Assembly (NCBI GenBank): GCA_030428125.1
Contig: JAUIBF010000003.1
Location: 1,516-65,515 of the forward strand
Origin: a bacterium
GTDB lineage: Bacteria > Patescibacteriota > Saccharimonadia > Saccharimonadales > SZUA-47
Length of the DNA stretch: 64,000 nt
Direction of reading: 5' to 3'
The notes under the pieces are model-generated. The model was not told where the DNA came from and did not search any database. It worked only from the letters and a program-made list of their open reading frames with translations. How positions within the stretch are numbered: position 1 is the first letter of the stretch; the number at the start of each line of letters is the position of its first letter. The position numbers were made by a program, and so were the translations under genes. This document shows positions 10,006-18,097 of the stretch, piece after piece.

Positions 10006-10030
10006 GCAGTTAAGACGTACTTTGCTACAG

Positions 10031-10058
10031 GGTCCGACCTTGCAAAGGTAATGCATTA
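10031..10058. repeat. REP-like palindromic element upstream of the RAYT gene
   Basis: Sequence TTTGCTACAGGGTCCGACCTTGCAAAGG. It shares TTGCTACA.GG.C.GACC.TGCAAAG with 10760-10788 and a 16-mer with 22382-22406. Confidence 0.6.
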
Positions 10059-10091
10059 AGATTATGATTATATTGAGTAGAGGGGTGAATC

Positions 10092-10706
10092 ATGCCGTCA
10101 AAGAACATAACCAAAGATTACATAACGCACAGTTATTATCATGTGTATAACAGAGGCGTAAACAAGCAGACTATTTTCCACGATGATCAGGATTATCAAG
10201 TATTCCTAGGTTTATTGAAACGTTATTTATCCAAAACTCAGCAGAAAGATAACTACGGCCGAGACGGCGTAAGTTTTCATGACGATATTGAACTGCTAGC
10301 TTTTTGTTTAATGCCTAACCATTTTCATTTATTGATTTACGTAAACGAGCGACCACGTGCTATGTCAGACCTAATGCGCAGAGTCTGTACTAGCTACACA
10401 ATGTATTTCAATAAACGTCATAACAGGGTGGGGAGTTTGTTCCAGAGCAGATTTAAAGCTTCAAGAATCGACAACGAGCCTTACCTATTACACATTTCTA
10501 GATATATCCATCGTAATCCAGAAGATTACTACAATTGGGAATACTCAAGCTACCCGTACTACATTAAAGGTCGGGAGGCAGAGTGGGTGAGACCACAGAA
10601 AATTTACAATTTGTACGAGTGGGGCACGTACGAGCAGTTTGTGAATGATCATGATAACCATCATCACATGATGGAAGAAATCGCCTCAGAACTCGCCTCC
10701 GGCTAA
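10092..10706 (+). CDS. IS200/IS605-family Y1 (HUH) transposase-like protein, REP-associated tyrosine transposase (RAYT) style
   Basis: Motifs YHVYNRG, MPNHFHLLI (HUH) and SRYIHRNP (catalytic Tyr region). There is no tnpB partner, and palindromes flank the gene. Confidence 0.75.
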   Translation: MPSKNITKDYITHSYYHVYNRGVNKQTIFHDDQDYQVFLGLLKRYLSKTQQKDNYGRDGVSFHDDIELLAFCLMPNHFHLLIYVNERPRAMSDLMRRVCTSYTMYFNKRHNRVGSLFQSRFKASRIDNEPYLLHISRYIHRNPEDYYNWEYSSYPYYIKGREAEWVRPQKIYNLYEWGTYEQFVNDHDNHHHMMEEIASELASG

Positions 10707-10739
10707 ATCTCGAATTTTAACCAACTCACGGTTCGCGAC

Positions 10740-10788
10740 TTTGTTCTGCAGGGTCGGACCTTGCTACAAGGACGGACCCTGCAAAGTG
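10740..10788. repeat. Compound REP-like hairpin downstream of the RAYT gene
   Basis: GCAGGGTC-gga-CCTTG-cta-CAAGG-acg-GACCCTGC (10748-10782), followed by AAAG. It contains CTAC (GTAG on the other strand). Confidence 0.65.
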
Positions 10789-11169
10789 AAGGCAGAAGGC
10801 TTAGAGGGAGCAGTTTTGTGTGGTATCGTGAGGCTGATATAGAATGGCTAGCCATATAGTACTATATACAAATATTATCCTAAATTTCTGCTTTAAGGAG
10901 TAAATAGGTTGCCAAACGGCGTTAAGAGCCTTAGAGCGACTATTTTGTGGATAACTGAGGTAAAACACCTTATGTTTTTCTTGATATCGGTATATATAAA
11001 TAGTACACTAGGGTCAGATCTGACTGACAAAACAAAAACCAAAAATAAACAGATCTAACAAGCTAAGTGGCAGAAAGCTGCTTTACTTGCACACTGAAAG
11101 AAGGGGACGCGAGTACCTCTTTGATTTGGTGTAAAACAAAACAAATATAAAACAAAAAGGCGTTACAAA

Positions 11170-14100
11170 TTGCGCGCAAAGCTTTATAAGCAAAGGCATG
11201 CTAATTGGCAAGAGAAAATTAACATTAGTTTTCTGTTGCCAATTTTTATTTTATTGACCTCTGTTATCGCGCTGTTTATAACAGTTAACCCGGCATCTGC
11301 TGCAACTTCTACTAACCTGAATTTCCAGGGTAGGTTAGCTACAAATACCGGAGGCTTAGTACCTGATGGGTCGTACAATATTGAGTTCAGGCTTTATGAC
11401 GATGAGTTTGCAGGATCTAACCTTTGGACAGAAAACCGTACAGGTGGAAACACCGTAACTGTTCGTAACGGATACTTCAGTGTTTACCTAGGAGAAGTAA
11501 CTCCGTTTGGCGCATCTATTCCATGGGATCAAGAACTATGGCTGACTATGAACGTTGAAGGGGATGGTGAAATGTCGCCTCGCTTCAAGCTCACCGCGGT
11601 TCCTTATGCGTTTCGAGCCGGGGCAGTAACTGATTCTGCCGGAAACGCTTATACTGGCGATGATCTTGCACAACTAGCACCAAGTTCAGTCCAGGCGATC
11701 AACTCTGCACTATCTGCGCTTAGACTGAACCAAGTTGGCGCCGGAAACATTTTGCAGCTGCAAGGCGATGGTGCAGATGTTTTTACTCTCGATAAGCTAG
11801 GTAACACATCCATCGGGGCTGGGATTACACTAGGCAACAGTAGTTCATCCGCAGCAGGTACTATTCGTTGGAATGGAACAGATCTGGAGGTGCACAACGG
11901 AATCACATGGGTCTCGCTAACTGCCGGTAGTGGGGGAGGTGCTGCAGTCGGAACTACTACCACTAAGCCGTCGAACGAAACTGTTACAGCAAGTACTGCA
12001 TTCCAGAATGACGACCATCTGTTCTTCCCGATCGGAGCAAACGAAACCTGGGCTTTTCGCTACACGGTTCTGGCCAATGTTCCGACCGCACCGGATATCA
12101 AGTTTGCTGTTACTGCACCATCAGGTGCTTCCTGTGTGGTTAGTTATATCGATTCCGAAGCGGCTGCTACTAACGGGAACTATGGATGTGGCGTATCTAC
12201 AGGGCTGGTAACTGGCAACGGTGCAAATGATGTTTACGAAATTGTCGGTACGGTAACTAACGGTGGAACTGCAGGTGTAGTTCAGCTTCAATGGGCTCAA
12301 AACACAAGTAACGCCGCAGCCGTCACAGTGCTAGCTGGAAGTAGTGTGTTTGCTACCGGTGAAGGAAGTAATGCAGACTCGATTGTGCAAGGCGGTAATG
12401 GATTCGGCCAAGCCGTAGAGATTGGTTCAACGGACAACTTTGGATTACGGTTTATCACAAACGATTCCGACGCGTTGGTGTTTACCAACACTGGAAATGC
12501 TACATTCTCAGGGACTGCAGGATTCAACGGGTTAGTTTCGGCTAACAATGGCTTGGATATCGTCTCAGGTGGATTAGACTTAAGCAGTGGTGACATAACA
12601 GGGGTAAATGGACTCACGGTAACTACTGTGAATGCGACAAATGTTAATGGCGACGGTTCTGGTTTAACAGACCTAAATGGCTCAGAAATTACTACGGGAA
12701 CAATCGCTGATGCTCGACTAACTAGCAACATTAGTCGTCTAGATACGGCTGGTGATTTCACAGCAACTCAAACATTTACCGGAGGTGCCGTACTCGGAAA
12801 CTTCACCACTACTACTGCCGGGGCTATCCGATGGAACGGGTCTGACTTCGAAGGCTATGATGGTTCGGAGTGGAAGAGCTTTACGACTGGTGGTTCAGGA
12901 TCAGGCTCACCTGTTACAGCAACTTTCTACGATAATGCCGGAGGACAATCAATCGCATCTGGCTCGTTCACGACAATCAATCTAGACTCTACTCTCAACA
13001 ACTCGGATTCAGGAATTGTTGATGTTGCTAGTGACGAAGTTACTGTAACAGAAGACGGATACTATCAGGTTGCTTATCAAGTAACTGCAACTCTGGGTGG
13101 AGGAACGCGTTCAGGATTTAACGCCAAGCTTCAGCTTGATACTGGCTCTGGATATACAGATATTCCAGGTTCACAATCATACCACTACGGTAGACTAGTG
13201 ACAGAAACAGCTGGTACATCATCTGCGACCGTAATCCTAGATCTTTCTGCAGGAGATTCAATTCGGATTCAGGGTCAAGGAACATCACAGTCATTCGCTA
13301 CAGTTTCAGGTGCATCAAGTTTATCGATCACCAGAGTTATCGAAAGCACTGTTATCGGTGGTGGAGGAGGTGGGTTGTCCTTTGAGCAAAACGGAAATGA
13401 CTTTGGTACAACCGCAATACTTGGTTCTACAGGCAATAACGGTTTACGATTTATCACAAATAACAACGCAGCACTTGAATTTACAGCGGCAGGAGCAGCA
13501 AGCTTCAGCCAGTCAGTCGATATTCTGGGCGGGGATTTAGACCTCAACACCGGCGATATTACGGGGGTTAATATCCTAACAGCTACGTCATTGAGTGGTG
13601 AAGGGTCAGGAATTACTGATCTAAACGGTTCGGAAATTACATCTGGAACGATTAGCAATGCGCGGTTGAGTAGTGATGTAGTCTTGCTCAATGCCAATCA
13701 AACATTTACCGGAGTTCCAACGTTTGATAGTGGCTTAACTTTGGGTGATTCAAGTAGTACAACTGCTGGGACTATTCGCTGGAATGGAAGTGACTTCGAA
13801 GGCTTTACTGGGCTTGGCTGGGTCTCCCTAACCTCCGGCGGCGGCGGTGGTGGAGGTGGTGGCTCAACGCCAGATCCGTTTGGACCATACACCTTCGACG
13901 CCGATAATGACACTGATGAAGACGCTTGGACATTTGACTCACCTCAAGGCACAGGACTACAGGCAGCAGGTGGTAGCAACGGTTATTGGGTGCATGACAC
14001 AGACGACACTCCTTCTACAAACGTAGGACCAACTTCTGGTCAGGGAGGCGACCCTGATGGATATGTTTATACTGAGGCTTCTGCCCCAGGCGCACTTAAC

Positions 14101-15738
14101 GATCAGTTTACAATGACTCACGATACAGTTATTGATGCGTCCGAAACAGACTGGAACGTAAGCTTCTACTGGAACCAGAGAGGTGATGAAAACCTCGCCA
14201 CCGTAGAAGTTCAAACTAACGAAAGTGGTGGTGGCTGGGTAACACGTGGCACTTATGGAACTGGTGGACCTGATGTGCCGACTAGTGGAACGCAGCAGTG
14301 GAACGAAGAAACTTTGAGCTTGGGAGGCATTGTCAGTGATGAATCTACCCAAATCAGATTCCTGGTAACATTCCCGAGCACCGGCACATCCTGGAACAAT
14401 GACTTTGGTCTAGATACAATTTACATTTTCCCTGATGGAGCAAGTAGTGGAATTTCATTTGACCAGGGTGGAAATAATTTTGGTGGAACCGCGATCTTAG
14501 GGTCTACCGGTAACTATGGACTCACGCTGATTACCAATAATAGCGCAGCCGTCATTATAGACGAAAACGGTGATTCAGTATTTGCTGGCGACACGACGTT
14601 TAACGGATTAGTTAGGCTAGGATCGGCGCCAACACCAGACGCTGACGCGCAAGCTTTATTCTATAGTGGCTCAACGACAGGCAAGGGATTAGTGATCCAA
14701 GGTGCTGCATCGCAAAGCGCGAATCTATTCGAAGTACAAGATAACTCGGGAGTAGTGCTCGGTGGATTTGACTCAGATGGAGGGTTAGTCCTCGGATTAA
14801 CTACTGTAACCAGTGCAGCTAGTGGTTCTCAGAATATTTCATTTGGTGATGAATCGGGTGTTGTCTGTTTGAGTGGGTCAACAACTTGTGGATTCTTGCC
14901 GCTTGCAACAGGAGCATATGTCACCGATGCAACCACCAACGATACAATTGCTATTAATAAAACTGGTGGTAGCGGCAATATTATTTCGCTTCAAAAGAAC
15001 GGAGGCGCAGTATTTACCGTGAGCAACACCGGTGCTCTTCAGATTCAGAACTCAAGCTCTAGTGCATTAGATATCCGAAACGTCGGTGGTACAAGTTACT
15101 TCTCTGTTGATACAACCACAGGTGTTGTTAGAGTAGGTCCAGCAGCAGCTGACGGAGTGGGTGTGTTGTTCGTACTCGATACCAAAAATACAGCTGGTGA
15201 CCCATCCGGAACGGACGGAGGAATTTACTACAACTCAAATCTAGGCAGGTTCCGCTGTTACGAAAATGGTGAATGGAAAGACTGTATCGGAACAAGGCAA
15301 GTCAGGAGCTTTATTGATACGACCGTAGATACAGTAATCGATAACAACACTACCGACTACTGGGATACAGCAGCCGAGAATAATAACTCGTATCCGAACA
15401 TAACTCCTTCCACTATAACCAAGGCTATTACGGCAAGTATTGTTGTAGAAGCTTTAGAAACTGGAAACAATGGTGACAGAATTGTTCAGTCAAGAATTGA
15501 AAGAGGAATTGGTGCGCCACCAACGTGTGGATCTGGAACTGTAGTAGGGCCAATTGTTAGTCACTTCACCACCAACAATAACCAGGCGGATACCGCAACA
15601 ATAGTATTCGTAGATGAACCAGCCACAACCAGCACTGTTTACTACACGGTGTGCTCTGATACCGCTACAAGTAATGCAGCCAACATGACCATGACTAGAA
15701 TCAGATTCACATTAGAGGAAGCTAATAATTCAAACTAA
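11170..15738 (+). CDS. Large secreted or anchored tail-fibre-like surface protein with repeated modules, a C1q-like jelly-roll and a MAM-like domain
   Basis: N-terminal signal/anchor ISFLLPIFILLTSVIALFITVNPASA. Three (A/G)G(T/A)IRWNG(T/S)D(L/F)E repeats. Two ~160-aa modules are duplicated at ~12395-12890 and ~13375-13835. MAM-like block at ~13885-14430. TTG start with AAAGG 9 nt upstream. Confidence 0.8.
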   Translation: MRAKLYKQRHANWQEKINISFLLPIFILLTSVIALFITVNPASAATSTNLNFQGRLATNTGGLVPDGSYNIEFRLYDDEFAGSNLWTENRTGGNTVTVRNGYFSVYLGEVTPFGASIPWDQELWLTMNVEGDGEMSPRFKLTAVPYAFRAGAVTDSAGNAYTGDDLAQLAPSSVQAINSALSALRLNQVGAGNILQLQGDGADVFTLDKLGNTSIGAGITLGNSSSSAAGTIRWNGTDLEVHNGITWVSLTAGSGGGAAVGTTTTKPSNETVTASTAFQNDDHLFFPIGANETWAFRYTVLANVPTAPDIKFAVTAPSGASCVVSYIDSEAAATNGNYGCGVSTGLVTGNGANDVYEIVGTVTNGGTAGVVQLQWAQNTSNAAAVTVLAGSSVFATGEGSNADSIVQGGNGFGQAVEIGSTDNFGLRFITNDSDALVFTNTGNATFSGTAGFNGLVSANNGLDIVSGGLDLSSGDITGVNGLTVTTVNATNVNGDGSGLTDLNGSEITTGTIADARLTSNISRLDTAGDFTATQTFTGGAVLGNFTTTTAGAIRWNGSDFEGYDGSEWKSFTTGGSGSGSPVTATFYDNAGGQSIASGSFTTINLDSTLNNSDSGIVDVASDEVTVTEDGYYQVAYQVTATLGGGTRSGFNAKLQLDTGSGYTDIPGSQSYHYGRLVTETAGTSSATVILDLSAGDSIRIQGQGTSQSFATVSGASSLSITRVIESTVIGGGGGGLSFEQNGNDFGTTAILGSTGNNGLRFITNNNAALEFTAAGAASFSQSVDILGGDLDLNTGDITGVNILTATSLSGEGSGITDLNGSEITSGTISNARLSSDVVLLNANQTFTGVPTFDSGLTLGDSSSTTAGTIRWNGSDFEGFTGLGWVSLTSGGGGGGGGGSTPDPFGPYTFDADNDTDEDAWTFDSPQGTGLQAAGGSNGYWVHDTDDTPSTNVGPTSGQGGDPDGYVYTEASAPGALNDQFTMTHDTVIDASETDWNVSFYWNQRGDENLATVEVQTNESGGGWVTRGTYGTGGPDVPTSGTQQWNEETLSLGGIVSDESTQIRFLVTFPSTGTSWNNDFGLDTIYIFPDGASSGISFDQGGNNFGGTAILGSTGNYGLTLITNNSAAVIIDENGDSVFAGDTTFNGLVRLGSAPTPDADAQALFYSGSTTGKGLVIQGAASQSANLFEVQDNSGVVLGGFDSDGGLVLGLTTVTSAASGSQNISFGDESGVVCLSGSTTCGFLPLATGAYVTDATTNDTIAINKTGGSGNIISLQKNGGAVFTVSNTGALQIQNSSSSALDIRNVGGTSYFSVDTTTGVVRVGPAAADGVGVLFVLDTKNTAGDPSGTDGGIYYNSNLGRFRCYENGEWKDCIGTRQVRSFIDTTVDTVIDNNTTDYWDTAAENNNSYPNITPSTITKAITASIVVEALETGNNGDRIVQSRIERGIGAPPTCGSGTVVGPIVSHFTTNNNQADTATIVFVDEPATTSTVYYTVCSDTATSNAANMTMTRIRFTLEEANNSN

Positions 15739-15784
15739 GAGGATATGATATGATAACTACAGATACAGAGGGGAAAATAAAGAG

Positions 15785-16537
15785 ATGAATATTATCGCTG
15801 TTCTCAATCAAAAGGGTGGGGTCGGAAAAACTACCAGCACCATCAATATCGCCGCATCCTTAGCTTCATCTGGCAAGTCGGTATTGGTAATTGATTTAGA
15901 TCCCCAAGCAAACGCCACGAGTGGTTTAGGGATAGATAAGAATGTAGTTGGTTCGTCTATATATAATGTACTAACTACTGGAGATAAGGCAGAGAACGCC
16001 ATAATAGATACTCATATAGATGGACTCAGAATTTTACCGGCCACAACATCACTAGCAGCTGCTGAACCGGAACTAGCCGGTGAACTTCAGAGGGAACTTG
16101 TGCTAAAAAAATCCATTAGCCAATTGGTATACGATGTCATATTAATAGATTGCCCACCTTCGTTAGGGCTGCTCAGTATCAATGCACTTGCAGCAGCTGA
16201 TAGTGTCCTAATACCTGTCCAGACCGAGTTTTATGCATTAGAAGGTCTGGGTCTACTAATGCAAACTATTCAGAGGGTGCAGGGCGGATTGAACCCGGAC
16301 TTGAAACTTCTCGGGGTAGTCATGACCATGGTAGATCCTAGAAATAGCCTATCCGGACAAGTAATTGAAGAAGTTAAAAAACATTTCGGAGAATATGTAT
16401 TCAATACCTATATACCCAGAAATGTCCGGTTAGCTGAAGCACCGAGTTTTGGAAAAACAATATTTGAACACGATAGGTGGTCTAAAGGCTCACGTGCATA
16501 TAAAAACCTGGCAAAAGAGGTAATCAATCGTGGCTAA
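15785..16537 (+). CDS. parA: Chromosome partitioning ATPase ParA/Soj
   Basis: Deviant Walker A NQKGGVGKTT, plus DCPPSLG and the typical length. Adjacent to parB. Confidence 0.92.
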   Translation: MNIIAVLNQKGGVGKTTSTINIAASLASSGKSVLVIDLDPQANATSGLGIDKNVVGSSIYNVLTTGDKAENAIIDTHIDGLRILPATTSLAAAEPELAGELQRELVLKKSISQLVYDVILIDCPPSLGLLSINALAAADSVLIPVQTEFYALEGLGLLMQTIQRVQGGLNPDLKLLGVVMTMVDPRNSLSGQVIEEVKKHFGEYVFNTYIPRNVRLAEAPSFGKTIFEHDRWSKGSRAYKNLAKEVINRG

Positions 16538-17375
16538 GCAAACATTAGGCAGAGGATTTGATAGTTTAATTCCTCAAGACTTCTCACTAGGGGATGTTGC
16601 AACCCCAAGCGAGCAGATTAAACAGATGTCTATAGATAATGTAGCTATTAATCCAGATCAGCCTCGAAAGACTTTCGACGAAAACGCACTAAAAGAGCTA
16701 TCGCAGTCTATCAAGCAGCACGGAATAATTCAGCCTCTAGTAGTTACTCCATATGGAGACAAATATAGAATAGTTGCAGGCGAACGCAGGTACAGGGCCT
16801 CAAAATTGGCCGGCCTAAAAAAGCTACCGGTTGTCGTTAGGAATCATGAAGAACTAGAAGAATTAGAAATTGCGTTAGTCGAAAACGTGCAACGCGTTGA
16901 TTTAACTCCACTAGAGCAGGCTGCTTCAATTGTCCGTTTGCGTGATCAATTTAGTCTCACACCCAAGCAGATTGCTAGCAAATTAGGCAAGGCAGAGACG
17001 ACAGTCAGTAATATTGTTCGTTTGCTTCAATTGCCTAAAGAAGCAGTCGAAGCCCTGCAGAAAAACCAGATAAGCGAAGGTCATGCGCGGGCAATTTTGG
17101 CCTTAAAAACAGATGAAAAAATGCAAGAAAAATTATTGAACAAAATAATTACTCAGAAGCTTTCGGTTCGCGAGGCAGAGCAGTTCGTCAAGCAAAATAG
17201 AAACTCAAAACCAGCCAAAATTGACTTAAGTGCAAGTACATCAAAATTAATAAACTCATTAGACAAATCAAAACGAAGTCGAGTTTCTGTTAGTGAAAAA
17301 ACCAGCACCTCAGGTAAGGTTACGATTAGATATTCAAGTCAAGATGAACTCAAAAAGATAATTAATAACCTATAA
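16530..17375 (+). CDS. parB: Chromosome partitioning protein ParB/Spo0J
   Basis: Motifs GRGFDSLIP, IVAGERRYRA and an HTH region. GTG start overlaps the parA stop. Confidence 0.9.
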   Translation: MAKQTLGRGFDSLIPQDFSLGDVATPSEQIKQMSIDNVAINPDQPRKTFDENALKELSQSIKQHGIIQPLVVTPYGDKYRIVAGERRYRASKLAGLKKLPVVVRNHEELEELEIALVENVQRVDLTPLEQAASIVRLRDQFSLTPKQIASKLGKAETTVSNIVRLLQLPKEAVEALQKNQISEGHARAILALKTDEKMQEKLLNKIITQKLSVREAEQFVKQNRNSKPAKIDLSASTSKLINSLDKSKRSRVSVSEKTSTSGKVTIRYSSQDELKKIINNL

Positions 17376-18011
17376 GCTAGTAAAATTATCAACTGGTACA
17401 AAACGCAGAGTAGCTGTTCCGGTTAAGTAGAAGTTTGGCACTGCTCCGAAGCTACGTGAGTCTTTTGAGTTAGTGCGATTATCTCCCAGTACAAATATCT
17501 CATTTTCTCCGACCGTTATGTCTACATTATCTGGCGTTGTAACTATATCTTTCGCGTAGTCTTGCCCTTCATCAGGGTTGAATCCATCAGGGTTTTCGTC
17601 GTTATAAACAGTAACTTCTCCATCAGAAACCACAACACGATCACCCGGCAAGCCGATCACTCTTTTTATAAGATGATCAACCTCGTCTCTGCCGTTAGTG
17701 CTAATAAATAGTGGCCTATCAAATACAACTATTTCATATCGCTGGGGTATATACTCTTTACCTCTGATACGAGACCAGTTTTTAGAGAACTTTTGAACTA
17801 TTAGTCTGTCGCCATTCTGCAGAGTAGTTTCCATGCTTTGACCGTAAACTTCGTATGACTGAAAAATAAAAACGGTGATGAAGATTGCTAAAATTGGTGC
17901 TAAAAGCAGAATCCCAATCGTAGAAGCTATGCTTTTCCAGCCTTTCTTAGACGATTCTCCAATATTTTTAGTGTGCTCGTCTGGGATTAGTGGTTCGTTT
18001 ATTTCGTTCAT
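17370..18011 (-). CDS. lepB: Signal peptidase I
   Basis: N-terminal TM segment, then GQSMETTL (Ser), KRVIGLPGD (Lys) and GDNRTNSKDSR. Confidence 0.9.
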   Translation of the reverse strand: MNEINEPLIPDEHTKNIGESSKKGWKSIASTIGILLLAPILAIFITVFIFQSYEVYGQSMETTLQNGDRLIVQKFSKNWSRIRGKEYIPQRYEIVVFDRPLFISTNGRDEVDHLIKRVIGLPGDRVVVSDGEVTVYNDENPDGFNPDEGQDYAKDIVTTPDNVDITVGENEIFVLGDNRTNSKDSRSFGAVPNFYLTGTATLRFVPVDNFTSL

Positions 18012-18097
18012 CGCACTCTTACTATACAGTATCGGGTTGGTTTATAGCGCAAGCTTTACGATATAGGGGTGCAGGAGGTATAATAAGTTCTTGCTTT

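Noticed and set aside
10789-11169. A replication origin (perfect DnaA box TGTGGATAA, AT-rich tracts, parAB 5 kb away)
   Set aside because: There is only one perfect box, and about 0.5 are expected by chance in 64 kb on both strands. There is no cluster of boxes and no dnaA/dnaN nearby. The observation is kept only as a low-interest note.
11184-14352. Antisense and alternative-frame ORFs inside the 1522-aa gene (e.g. 12297-12761, 13275-13697, 13957-14352)
   Set aside because: Same reasoning. They are shadow ORFs of a Gly/Thr/Ser-rich gene with no independent signals.
15785-17375. A parS site near parAB
   Set aside because: I found only half-site matches to TGTTTCACGTGAAACA (e.g. TTTCACGTG at about 43490, CACGTGAA at about 26350 and about 44230) and no full palindrome. 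Nothing can be called by eye.
17990-18097. N-terminal extensions proposed by the ORF track (LCP 17990; prmC to 22599; 34813 gene to 35463; HeR-like 39626; rsmE 42238; serS 45228)
   Set aside because: The extensions overlap neighbouring genes or promoters. Internal ATGs give canonical N-termini (e.g. MIDIQLLRDNP for SerRS, MNLELW for PrmC) and better spacing.
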